A DNA stretch of 64,000 bases from positions 1 through 64,000 of the forward strand of contig NW_013657658.1 in NCBI RefSeq assembly GCF_000142905.1, written 5' to 3'. Shown one piece after another: positions 9,110 to 18,615 of the stretch (position 1 is the stretch's first letter; every line of letters starts with the position of its first letter). A model generated the notes under the pieces. It was not told the DNA's origin. It saw only the letters and a program-made list of their open reading frames with translations, and searched no databases. Position numbers and translations under genes: made by a program. This DNA is from Thecamonas trahens ATCC 50062. Its lineage: Eukaryota; Protista; Apusomonadida.

Positions 9110-12100
9110 ATGGCGGCCAACGAGGACCATGTGTCTGTGGTTGTACTTGGAGGACGAGCAACATTGCGGGTGTTTGCTGAGCCCGGGGCTGGTGAGCTGC
9201 CTACTCTCTACGACCTGCTGCCTGAGAGCATGCAGAGGGCGCTGGACGGCCCGCCGCAGGTCGGCACCAAGCGGCGTCGGCGCGACCTGGCCATGCAGCT
9301 AGCGGCTGCCGTGAAGGGTGGCGAAGGAGGCGGGACTGCCGAGGACCACGGCGGCGAAGCTGCCGAAGAAGAGAGTCCGGCCAGACGAAAGCGCCAGCGG
9401 CGCCTGGTGGACGATGAGAGCTCGCCCGAGTCGTCCATGGCCACACTCCCGTTTCCGCCTCTCTCGGACGACCGGCCGTCGCTGGACGACGCGCTCCGGT
9501 CGCCGTCACAGGACGATGTGGCGTCACAATCGCTGTTCTCGCCGGTCGCTGTGGCGGATGCGGGTCGGGTTGCGGATGAGTTTGAGGTTACCAAGTCGAT
9601 GGCGTCGGCGCTGGCCAAGGTAGAGCTTGATGTCGGCCGCGATCCGCCGTCGTCGCAGGAGTCGGACGGCTGGTCGACGCAAACAATGCTGGCGTCGATG
9701 GCTGCGATGGCAAGTGGACCTGTCGAGGCGCGGGCGCGAATGACCTTGGAGGATGCTCCGTCTCCTGCACCTGTGTCTGCGCCTGCGGCGATGGGTGGTT
9801 TTGCTACAGCCGGTGGTCGAGCCGTGGAGGCGTCGCCCGCTGCCCTCGCCCGTGCCAAGGGCCTGATGGCCGGCATCGACGACGCGCCGACGTCACCCAC
9901 ACCCACTGCCGCTGCCGCTGGTTTCTCCACGGCCGGTGGTCGAGCCGTGGAGGCGTCGCCCGCTGCCCTCGCCCGCGCCAAGGGCCTGATGGCGGGTGTG
10001 GATGATGCGCCTCTGTCTGCGCCTGCGGCGATGGGTGGGTTTGCTACAGCCGGTGGTCGAGCCGTGGAGGCGTCGCCCGCTGCCCTCGCCCGTGCCAAGG
10101 GCCTGATGGCCGGCATCGACGACGCGCCGACGTCACCCACACCCACTGCCGCTGCCGCTGGTTTCTCCACGGCCGGTGGTCGAGCCGTGGAGGCGTCGCC
10201 CGCTGCCCTCGCCCGCGCCAAGGGCCTGATGGCGGGTGTGGATGATGCGCCTCTGTCTGCGCCTGCGGCGATGGGTGGGTTTGCTACAGCCGGTGGTCGA
10301 GCCGTGGAGGCGTCGCCCGCTGCCCTCGCCCGTGCCAAGGGCCTGATGGCCGGCATCGACGACGCGCCGACGTCACCCACGCCCGCTGCCACTGTCGCTG
10401 GATTCGCCACGGCTGGCGGCCGCTCGGTCAAGGCGTCGCCCGCTGCCTTCGCCCGTGCCAAGGGCCTGATGGCCGGCATCGACGACGCGCCGACGTCACC
10501 CACGCCCGCTGCCACTGTCGCTGGATTCGCCACGGCCGGCGGCCGCTCGGTCAAGGCGTCGCCTGCTGCCTTCGCCCGTGCCAAGGGCCTGATGGCCGGC
10601 ATCGACGACGCGCCGACGTCACCCACGCCCACTGCCACTGTCGCAGGATTCGCCACGGCCGGCGGCCGCTCGGTCAAGGCGTCGCCTGCTGCCTTCGCCC
10701 GTGCCAAGGGCCTGATGGCCGGCATCGACGACGCGCCGACGTCACCCACGCCCACTGCCACTGTCGCTGGATTCGCCACAGCCGGCGGCCGCTCGGTCAA
10801 GGCGTCGCCCGCTGCCCTCGCCCGTGCCAAGGGCCTGATGGCCGGCATCGACGACGCGCCGACGTCACCCACGCCCACCGCCACTGTCGCTGGATTCGCC
10901 ACGGCCGGCGGCCGCTCGGTCAAGGCGTCGCCCGCTGCCCTCGCCCGTGCCAAGGGCCTGATGGCCGGCATCGACGACGCGCCGACGTCACCCACGCCCA
11001 CCGCCACTGTCGCTGGATTCGCCACGGCCGGCGGCCGCTCGGTCAAGGCGTCGCCTGCTGCCTTCGCCCGTGCCAAGGGCCTGATGGCCGGCATCGACGA
11101 CGCGCCGACGTCACCCACGCCCACCGCCACTGTCGCTGGATTCGCCACGGCCGGCGGCCGCTCGGTCAAGGCGTCGCCTGCTGCCTTCGCCCGTGCCAAG
11201 GGCCTGATGGCCGGCATCGATGATGCGCCTGTGTCTGCGCCTGCGGCGATGGGTGGGTTTGCTACAGCCGGTGGTCGAGCCGTGGAGGCGTCGCCCGCTG
11301 CCCTCGCCCGTGCCAAGGGCCTGATGGCCGGCATCGACGACGCGCCGACGTCACCCACGCCCACCGCCGCTGCCGCTGGTTTCTCCACGGCTGGCGGCCG
11401 CTCGGTCAAGGCGTCGCCTGCTGCCCTCGCCCGCGCCAAGGGCCTGATGGCGGGTGTGGATGATGCGCCTCTGTCTGCGCCTGCGGCGATGGGTGGGTTT
11501 GCTACAGCCGGTGGTCGAGCCGTGGAGGCGTCGCCCGCTGCCCTCGCCCGTGCCAAGGGCCTGATGGCCGGCATCGACGACGCGCCGACGTCACCCACGC
11601 CCACTGCCACTGTCGCTGGATTCGCCACGGCCGGCGGCCGCTCGGTCAAGGCGTCGCCCGCTGCCTTCGCCCGTGCCAAGGGCCTGATGGCCGGCATCGA
11701 CGACGCGCCGACGTCACCCACGCCCGCTGCCACTGTCGCTGGATTCGCCACGGCCGGCGGCCGCTCGGTCAAGGCGTCGCCTGCTGCTCTCGCCCGCGCC
11801 AAGGGCCTGATGGCCGGCATCGACAGTACCCCGGCAACGGCGGCCCCTGTCGGCAGCTCTCCATCCAACATCGTCTCACCGCCCGAGTCGGAGACCCCAC
11901 AACTGACCCGCCCGGGGCTCTCCAAGCTCGGCCTCTTTTCGCCATCGACGATTTCGCCGTACGCGGCGTCGCATCGTGCGTCGCGGTCGAGTGCCAAGCA
12001 GACCGCACGCGATCGCGCCCTCGCACGTTTTGTGCGCACCAATTCTTCTGAGGGCCTCTCATCGGGCGAGCCGGCTGAGCCCGAGTCTGACTCGCTCGCC

Positions 12101-15100
12101 GTCGTCCTCTTCCCGGACCTCCCGCGCTCGCCGCTTACCACGGAGCCGCGCGCTGCCACCGACGCCCGCCGTTCCGCCACGACGTCGACGCTCCCAGGCC
12201 CAATCAAGACCAAACCGCGGATCAAGCGGCCCAAGCCGGTGAAGCACAAGTTTGTCAAACCACCGCCGCCGCGCCCGTCGCTTTCAGCCAAGCCTAAGCC
12301 CAAGGACGCCAGCGGCGGCATCGCCTCGGTCTACGACCTGGAGGCCCACGCAGCAGCCGTCACCCATACCCTCGCCGATCTCCCCCACCGTTCACCGAGT
12401 CGGGCCCGCTCCCACCGGGCGTCGCGGCCATGACCTTTGCCCTCGCTCCGCTGTACCAGTTCCCCGAGACCCGCGCCGCCGGCCAGCAGCCGGTCGACAT
12501 GCTCTACGACGCACTGATTTCCCGCGGTGCGGTCGCCAAGCTGTTCTCCCCCGAGTGGGTCGCCAACCACGCCCGCCTCATCATCTGGAAGCTCGCCGCG
12601 CTCTGCCGCGCCTTCCCAATCTCGCTCGGCGAGTCGTACTTTACCTACGAACGCGTTGTCAACCAACTCGCCTTTCGCTACGAGAAGGAGATCAACTCGG
12701 CCCAGCGCTCGGCCTTCAAGCGCATTCTCGAGCAGGACGACACTTCAACCCGTACCATGGTCGTCGTCATCACTTCGGTCATCTCGGTCCCGAGCCTGCC
12801 GTCGCCGCGAAAACTCGCTCCCTCGCGCAACGCTGCCATCGCCGCCCACTATGGTGCCGACCTTGATGGACGCCGTGCGCCGGGCTCCGGCTCGGGCGAC
12901 GACGAGAGCGGCGAGGAGGCCGACACCGACATCTACGCCGACACAGACGCGCTGCTCGCCTTTCTCGCCGCCCGCCCGGGTGCCATTCAAATCTCCGATG
13001 GCTGGTACACCCTCGCTGCCTCGCTCGACCCGGGACTCACGCTCCGCCTCATCCGCGGCCAGCTCTACCCAGGCCTCAAGCTCTGCATGTCCGGATGTGC
13101 CCTCATTGGCGCCGACCAGGCGTGCTCCCCGCTTGAGGCCCCGCCGTCGGCTGCCTACCGCCTCACCACCAACTCGGTCCGCCGCGCCCGCTGGGACGCC
13201 ACTCTCGGTATCCACCCTGTTCCGGCCATGACCATCCCACTGGCATCCATTACGGCCGACGGCGGCCGCGTCCCTGCCACCGAGTTTGTCGTCCTTCGCG
13301 TCTACCCGGTGGTCTACCGCGAGAAGATCCTCGACCCATCCGTCCCGCTCCCGCCGCACCCGGTCTCCGGCGATGACGACGATGCCGACGCCGACAAGCC
13401 CGACCTGCCGACCATCTCCATCACACGCGGGCCCAAGGCTGAAGCCCGGATTGATCGTCGCTTTGCGCTCCGTCGCGAGCGGAGGACCGAGGAGCTCGTG
13501 GCGGTCGAGCAAGCGGTGCGCGACCCGCGGTCGGCGTCGTCGACTCCGGTCCGCGCCGGATCAGCCTCCAACTTCCGGACCCCGACCCGCAAGCCCGACC
13601 CGAGCATCCTTGATGGCCGCGTCCTGCTCCATGCCATGCACGCCTCGCCCGATCCGGCCGCCTTCTTCGCCGCCCTCTCCCCTGTCCAGCGGTCCAGCGT
13701 CGAGGCCTCGATATCCGGTGAGCGTGAGGAGACCCAGCGCGCAGTCATGACAGTGGTCGAGAAGAAGCTCACTGCCGAGCGCCTTTTCTCACGCGACGTC
13801 ACTCCAGTCCTTCGTCTCCTTGTCGCCGACGCCCGCAAGTACGCCGCCGGCGTTGTCTCAGACCCCGAGCTTGCACAGCCTTACCTTCCGTGCGCGCCCG
13901 ACGATGCGCTTGCAGTCATCTCGGTCTGGGGGCCGACAGACGACATCCTCGGCACCGTCGCCCGAGAAGGCGCGCATGTCCGCGCTTACGGCCTCTCGCC
14001 GTCGCGGCCATACCACCGTACTCCGCTAGCCACGCGGCTGCCGAATCTCAACTGGAATCGGTCGACCCGGTTCGAGGTCCTCGGCTCACTTGCCGACTCG
14101 CCGCGCTTTGTCCCGCGCGTTGCGGCTGTGCCCGCTGCCTTTCATGACGCGCCACCGGCCCATCTCCAGCGTGGCGAGGCGCGGACCGAGATCCCGGCCG
14201 ATCTCGTCGGCGTCGTTGTCGGAGTCCAGCGCCTCGCTCCGCGCGGTGAATCGGCTTCTCGGCTAGAGTTTGCCGCGCTCGGTGCACCGGCCCCGCCGCC
14301 GGCCTCGCCGTCCAAGTCGGCCACCGGCGGAACCGACTCGTACCATCTGTACTTTGCCACCGTCACCGGCGCGCTGGTCCTTGTCCAGTGCTACGGCTCG
14401 CACGATGCCTACGCCTTTGACGAACTCCGTGACGTCGCCGCATCCGGGCCGCGCCGCGGCGGCACACCGTACGTCGTCCGCAACGCCGTCTTTGTCGCCC
14501 ACGATCCGTCGTTCAACCTTACCATCTTTGAGGCGACCCAGGTGACAACAGTCTCTAAGACCGTGCCGGCTGCCTACCGCCCTGCTACCGCCGCCCTCAC
14601 GGCCTGGATCGCCTCGACTGGCTTTGAGGCCTCAGTCGGCGTCGCCCGCCGTCGGGTCACCACCATCGTCCGCACCGGCGCTCCGCCCATCTCGCTCTCC
14701 GGCAAGCTCTCCGCCATCAACTGGTTGTTTGCCGACAACGCGCCCGGCATCGCGGTCGCCGGCACTTGGGTCGGCATCGCCGGCGACGTCCTGCACTCAT
14801 GGCTTGCCGGCCTTCTCGCCCTTGGCCTCGCCGATGCTCTCGATTGGACTCCACCGTCAGTTGCCGCCGCCGCCGCCGCCGCCGCCGCTCCGCGCCCNNN
14901 NNNNNNNNNNNNNNNNNNNNNNNNNNNNNNNNNNNNNNNNNNNNNNNNNNNNNNNNNNNNNNNNNNNNNNNNNNNNNNNNNNNNNNNNNNNNNNNNNGCT
15001 TTAGACACGCCAAGGGGAAAACGGGGATCGAGGATGACCAGGCCAAACGAGGGTCTCGGAGGCAACGCCGGCCTTGGCGCACGCAAGCGCCAATCCGACG

Positions 15101-15303
15101 ACACCGCCTCGCTCGCCCGCCACATCGACGACGCCATCGCCTTGGCTGCAGCCGCTACCTCTGCCCAGCCTGCTCCCGCATCGGTGCCTGCTTCCCTGGG
15201 CCTCCAAATCGAGGCCTTTGCCCGCACCGTCGTCACCGATGTCATCGTTGAGACCGGAGGCGTCATGGCTGTCTCGGCACTCGCCCGCCAACCGTCGTCG
15301 TAG
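9110..15303 (+). CDS. BRCA2: BRCA2 homologue: 17 BRC repeats, helical domain and OB folds (-1 frame break at ~12385; N-gap 14898-14997)
   Basis: BRC motif GF(A/S)TAGGR-V-AS--A(L/F)ARAKGL repeated 17 times. C-terminal WVANHARLIIWKLAA, QLAFRYEKEI..QRSAFKRILEQDD, ISDGWY, L-PGLKL..G, NSVRRARWDATLG, DGG-V, LRVYPVVYRE, RDVTPVLRL, SVWGP. Confidence 0.95.
9764..11823 (+). repeat. Coding tandem array of 17 BRC units (123-bp and 117-bp variants)
   Basis: GF codons start at 9797, 9920, 10037, 10160, 10277, 10400, 10523, 10646, 10769, 10892, 11015, 11138, 11255, 11378, 11495, 11618 and 11741. Confidence 0.97.
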
Positions 15304-15373
15304 CGGCACACCCAACTCTTCCCACACACATACACACACACACACACACACACATATATACACATTTACATAC

Positions 15374-17359
15374 ATGAGCTCCAGCCCAAGACGGCGACAG
15401 CGGGCACTTGCTGCTGCACGCCACGCTGTCCAGGCGAGTACAACAAACCGCTCGCAGAGCCCGCGGGTGCAGGACCGGTTGGTGCTGGGGAGGAGCACCT
15501 GGGGCCAGCCACAGGCCCGGTCCGAGTGGGAGAGCCATCCTCAGCTGCTAGACCGACGGGCGGCAACGGTGGCCGGCGCCGGCATGTATGCCAGGGACGA
15601 TTGGGAGGCCGCGGCAACGGTCGAGGCAACCGGATGGAACGCTGACGGCCTGGGCGTCGGCCTCGCGGCCTCGGTCCGCCGCGACGTTTTCGCCGATCTC
15701 AGCGTCGCCGTCGACACGTCGCCGGTCGGGCTTGCCGCGCTTCAGCACCGCCACTCACAGCTGCGAACGGTGCAAAAGACCCGGTTCAAAGAGGTGCTGA
15801 TGGCCGAGCACATGGCGGCACGGATTGCGCGCGCCCGCAAAGCCGATGCCCACGTCCACGCCGCACGCTCCGCCGTCGCGCGCAAGCTTCGGATGGAGGA
15901 GATGCGCCGGCGGACCGAGACCGCCAAGCTGATTGCTGCCGGCCGCGCTGAGCGGGCCAAGGCTGCTGATGCCGCTGCCGCTTCTGCTGCTGCTGCTGCT
16001 GCTGCCGAGGCGAAAGCGGACGCTGAGCGGGAAGCCCGTGAGCTTGAGCTCGCCATGCGGCCGCTCTCCGAGTGCGATCCGTACGACATGCTGTTGCGGT
16101 CGCGAGCGTCCGACAGCTCGCTTAGCCGGCAGGCGTCAGAGGATCCAGCAACAATGTGGGCGCGTGGCCTGTACGGCGGGGACGAGGGTTGCGAGAGCGA
16201 TGACGACAGGTACGACGGGGAAGCGTCGCTGTCGTGGATGGAGCGCCGCAAGCTGCGGCGGGTGCGCAAGGACGCGCTGGCGCAGGCTGCCGCCGCCGCC
16301 GAGGCAGCGGCCGCTGAGAATACTGCAGCACGCGCAGCTGAGATTGCGGTCAAGCGCGAGCGGCTGCGCGTGGCACGCGCTGCTGCCCGTGCCGCATTTG
16401 ATAACGCCGACGCGATCGGGAGCGCCGGCGACAGCTTTGGCTCGGTGACTTCCGCCGATCCTGTGGTGGCTGCTTTTCGCGGCTACGCGCTTGGCGCGCG
16501 CGACGAGGGCGGACCGCCGCCAGCGCTGTTTTACCTTGCGCTCGGCGCGTTGCTTGCCGGTGACCGCGCAGCTGTAGGGAGCGCAGATGTGGCAACGAAG
16601 CTGCATCTGCTGCGGTACGTGCTCGACCACGAGGCGTACGTCGACTCGGGCTTGCGGATCCAATTCCAGGCGGACGCAGAGCTGCTTGCGGCGTTTGCCT
16701 CGTTTGTGGGCTACATGTCGGAGAAGAACGTCGAGGTGAGTGCGGCGTTTGGACGGCGGTGGGCGCGGCCACCGCCGGCGCTGCCTGCACCGTCCCAGGG
16801 CGCGCGGGCGCAGCTGGCCGAGCCGGCGTCGCGCTGGCCGGCCCGCCGAGCATGCGACTACATCTCAGACGCGGACATTCTGGAGGTGCACTCGTACCGG
16901 CGGCCGCCAGTCTTTGTGGAGCACGTGTGCCAGGCGCTGTGCATCCTCCTCCGGCGACCGATCTCGCAGGCACGCAAGGTGCAGCACTCGGTCCAGCTCC
17001 TGCACGCGCTCGACGGGCTCTCTCCAGAAGTCCTCACTCTCGGCGACGTGCGGCGGCTGTACCGGCTTGTGGGCTCGGATGAGTTTTCGCCGGCGCTCGG
17101 CGCCGAGGTTGCCGCGCCTGTGGCGCGCATGGTCGCCTTTATCTGCGACGTCTTTGCGTACATGGTCCGCTACCACGAGGCCGCCATCGGCAGCGACGAC
17201 GGCGTCATGGCCGACCGCCTTGCCTTTGAGCGCCAGCAGAATCAGCTGGTCATGCAGAAGCGGCAGCTGATCAAGGCGCAGAACTTGCTCGCCAACCTCC
17301 TCACCACCACCAAGTACGACTCCGTTGATGACGAGTTCTTTGCCACACTCGCCCGGTGA
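15374..17359 (+). CDS. Coiled-coil protein with a C-terminal dynein-type microtubule-binding domain
   Basis: Ala-rich helical N-terminus. Residues at ~16853-17175 (ISDADILEVHSYRRPP--VEHVCQALCILL...EFSP...VAAPVARMVAFI--VFAY) resemble the dynein heavy-chain MTBD. Confidence 0.7.
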   Translation: MSSSPRRRQRALAAARHAVQASTTNRSQSPRVQDRLVLGRSTWGQPQARSEWESHPQLLDRRAATVAGAGMYARDDWEAAATVEATGWNADGLGVGLAASVRRDVFADLSVAVDTSPVGLAALQHRHSQLRTVQKTRFKEVLMAEHMAARIARARKADAHVHAARSAVARKLRMEEMRRRTETAKLIAAGRAERAKAADAAAASAAAAAAAEAKADAEREARELELAMRPLSECDPYDMLLRSRASDSSLSRQASEDPATMWARGLYGGDEGCESDDDRYDGEASLSWMERRKLRRVRKDALAQAAAAAEAAAAENTAARAAEIAVKRERLRVARAAARAAFDNADAIGSAGDSFGSVTSADPVVAAFRGYALGARDEGGPPPALFYLALGALLAGDRAAVGSADVATKLHLLRYVLDHEAYVDSGLRIQFQADAELLAAFASFVGYMSEKNVEVSAAFGRRWARPPPALPAPSQGARAQLAEPASRWPARRACDYISDADILEVHSYRRPPVFVEHVCQALCILLRRPISQARKVQHSVQLLHALDGLSPEVLTLGDVRRLYRLVGSDEFSPALGAEVAAPVARMVAFICDVFAYMVRYHEAAIGSDDGVMADRLAFERQQNQLVMQKRQLIKAQNLLANLLTTTKYDSVDDEFFATLAR

Positions 17360-17363
17360 GCCA

Positions 17364-17367
17364 TCTC

Positions 17368-17435
<68 letters not shown>
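17364..17435. repeat. (CT)n microsatellite
   Basis: Near-perfect CT run immediately after the stop at 17359. Confidence 0.95.
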
Positions 17436-17437
<2 letters not shown>

Positions 17438-17690
17438 AACCAACCAAACACCAACATGCATACCCCATCCGCATTCCCATCACCCATCCCATCACCCTGA
17501 TCAGCCCCAATCAGCCCCGCATCGCCCCCCCCCCTCCCCGCCCCCCTCTCCCTTCGCAGGCGAAGAAAGGCCCAGCGCCCGAACTGACCCCTAACCCCAC
17601 CCCACACACCACACCACACCACACTCCACTCCACTCCACACACACACTCACACACACTCTCTCACACACACACACACATACATACACGTA

Positions 17691-18398
17691 ATGATGGAGA
17701 GCCTGCGCGGTCTGACCATGGCCACAGCCATGGAGAACGAAGTGGTGGCGTTTGTGGTGTACTCGGTCCTGGTCCTGGTCGTGGCCGACGCCTTTGTCAC
17801 CTTTGTTCTTGGCGTCTCTCCGCGTGCTCGGTGGTACTTTGTCCATGCTATTGGCAATGGATTTGTGTGTGCCACGTGCATTGCACCTGCTCTCACTTTT
17901 CTGGCTGATCCCGTGGACGCTCTGCGCAATCCCATCCGCTTTGATCCCTCGGCAACCATCATCGCCGTCATCCACGCCTACCACATTGCTCTCTTCAAGT
18001 GCTCCACCGCAGACATTGTGCATCACTTTCTCTTTGTCTTTATCGGCACCACCGTCCAGGTCTTCTACGGCGGCGAGTACGGCGGCCTTGCTGCTGTCTA
18101 CCACTTTGCCATCTGCGGCCTACCTGGTGGCATCGACTACTTCCTCTCGGGCCTCGTCGACATGGGCCTCGTCGCCAAGATCACCCGCATCCGCGTCGCT
18201 GTCGAGCTCAACATGTGGCTCCGCTCACCGCTGCTGATTGCCTGTGCCACCTTTGCCCTTCTCTGGTACACCATGTCCGACAAGAACGCCTTTACCACCG
18301 TCGGTGCCGGCCTCATGGTCTTTATCTCGGTCGGCAACTCACAGTACTACGCCCGCCAGGTCTGTCTTGCCGCCGGCCGCAAGTACAAGATCGACTAA
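17691..18398 (+). CDS. TLC-domain-like multi-pass membrane protein
   Basis: ARWY-VH--GN, HAYH, DIVHH, CGLPGGIDY-L--LV, LNMWLRSP and GN-QYY motifs, about 6 TM helices. Confidence 0.7.
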   Translation: MMESLRGLTMATAMENEVVAFVVYSVLVLVVADAFVTFVLGVSPRARWYFVHAIGNGFVCATCIAPALTFLADPVDALRNPIRFDPSATIIAVIHAYHIALFKCSTADIVHHFLFVFIGTTVQVFYGGEYGGLAAVYHFAICGLPGGIDYFLSGLVDMGLVAKITRIRVAVELNMWLRSPLLIACATFALLWYTMSDKNAFTTVGAGLMVFISVGNSQYYARQVCLAAGRKYKID

Positions 18399-18615
18399 CA
18401 CGACCGATCTGTACCACATGCACCCACCTCCACTCTACCGATCCACACCAATCCAAACCATCAGTCCCCATACCCGCCGCCCCTCCCACCCGCCGCCCCT
18501 CCCACCGTTTCCACTTTGGCGCCACCCGCAGCCAGCCAGCCAGCCACACACACACACACACATACACACACACACGCACACACACGCACACATACACACC
18601 ACTACACATCCACAC

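Noticed and set aside
9764-11823. CRISPR-like repeat-spacer array
   Set aside because: Units are in-frame 117/123-bp coding repeats with recurring rather than unique spacers, they translate to BRC motifs, and no cas genes are present.
9208-12321. 1037-aa antisense ORF, and similar long shadow ORFs (38665-40317, 38918-40558, 6869-8359, 60651-61745)
   Set aside because: These are stop-poor mirror frames of GC-rich genes on the opposite strand, with no independent motifs.
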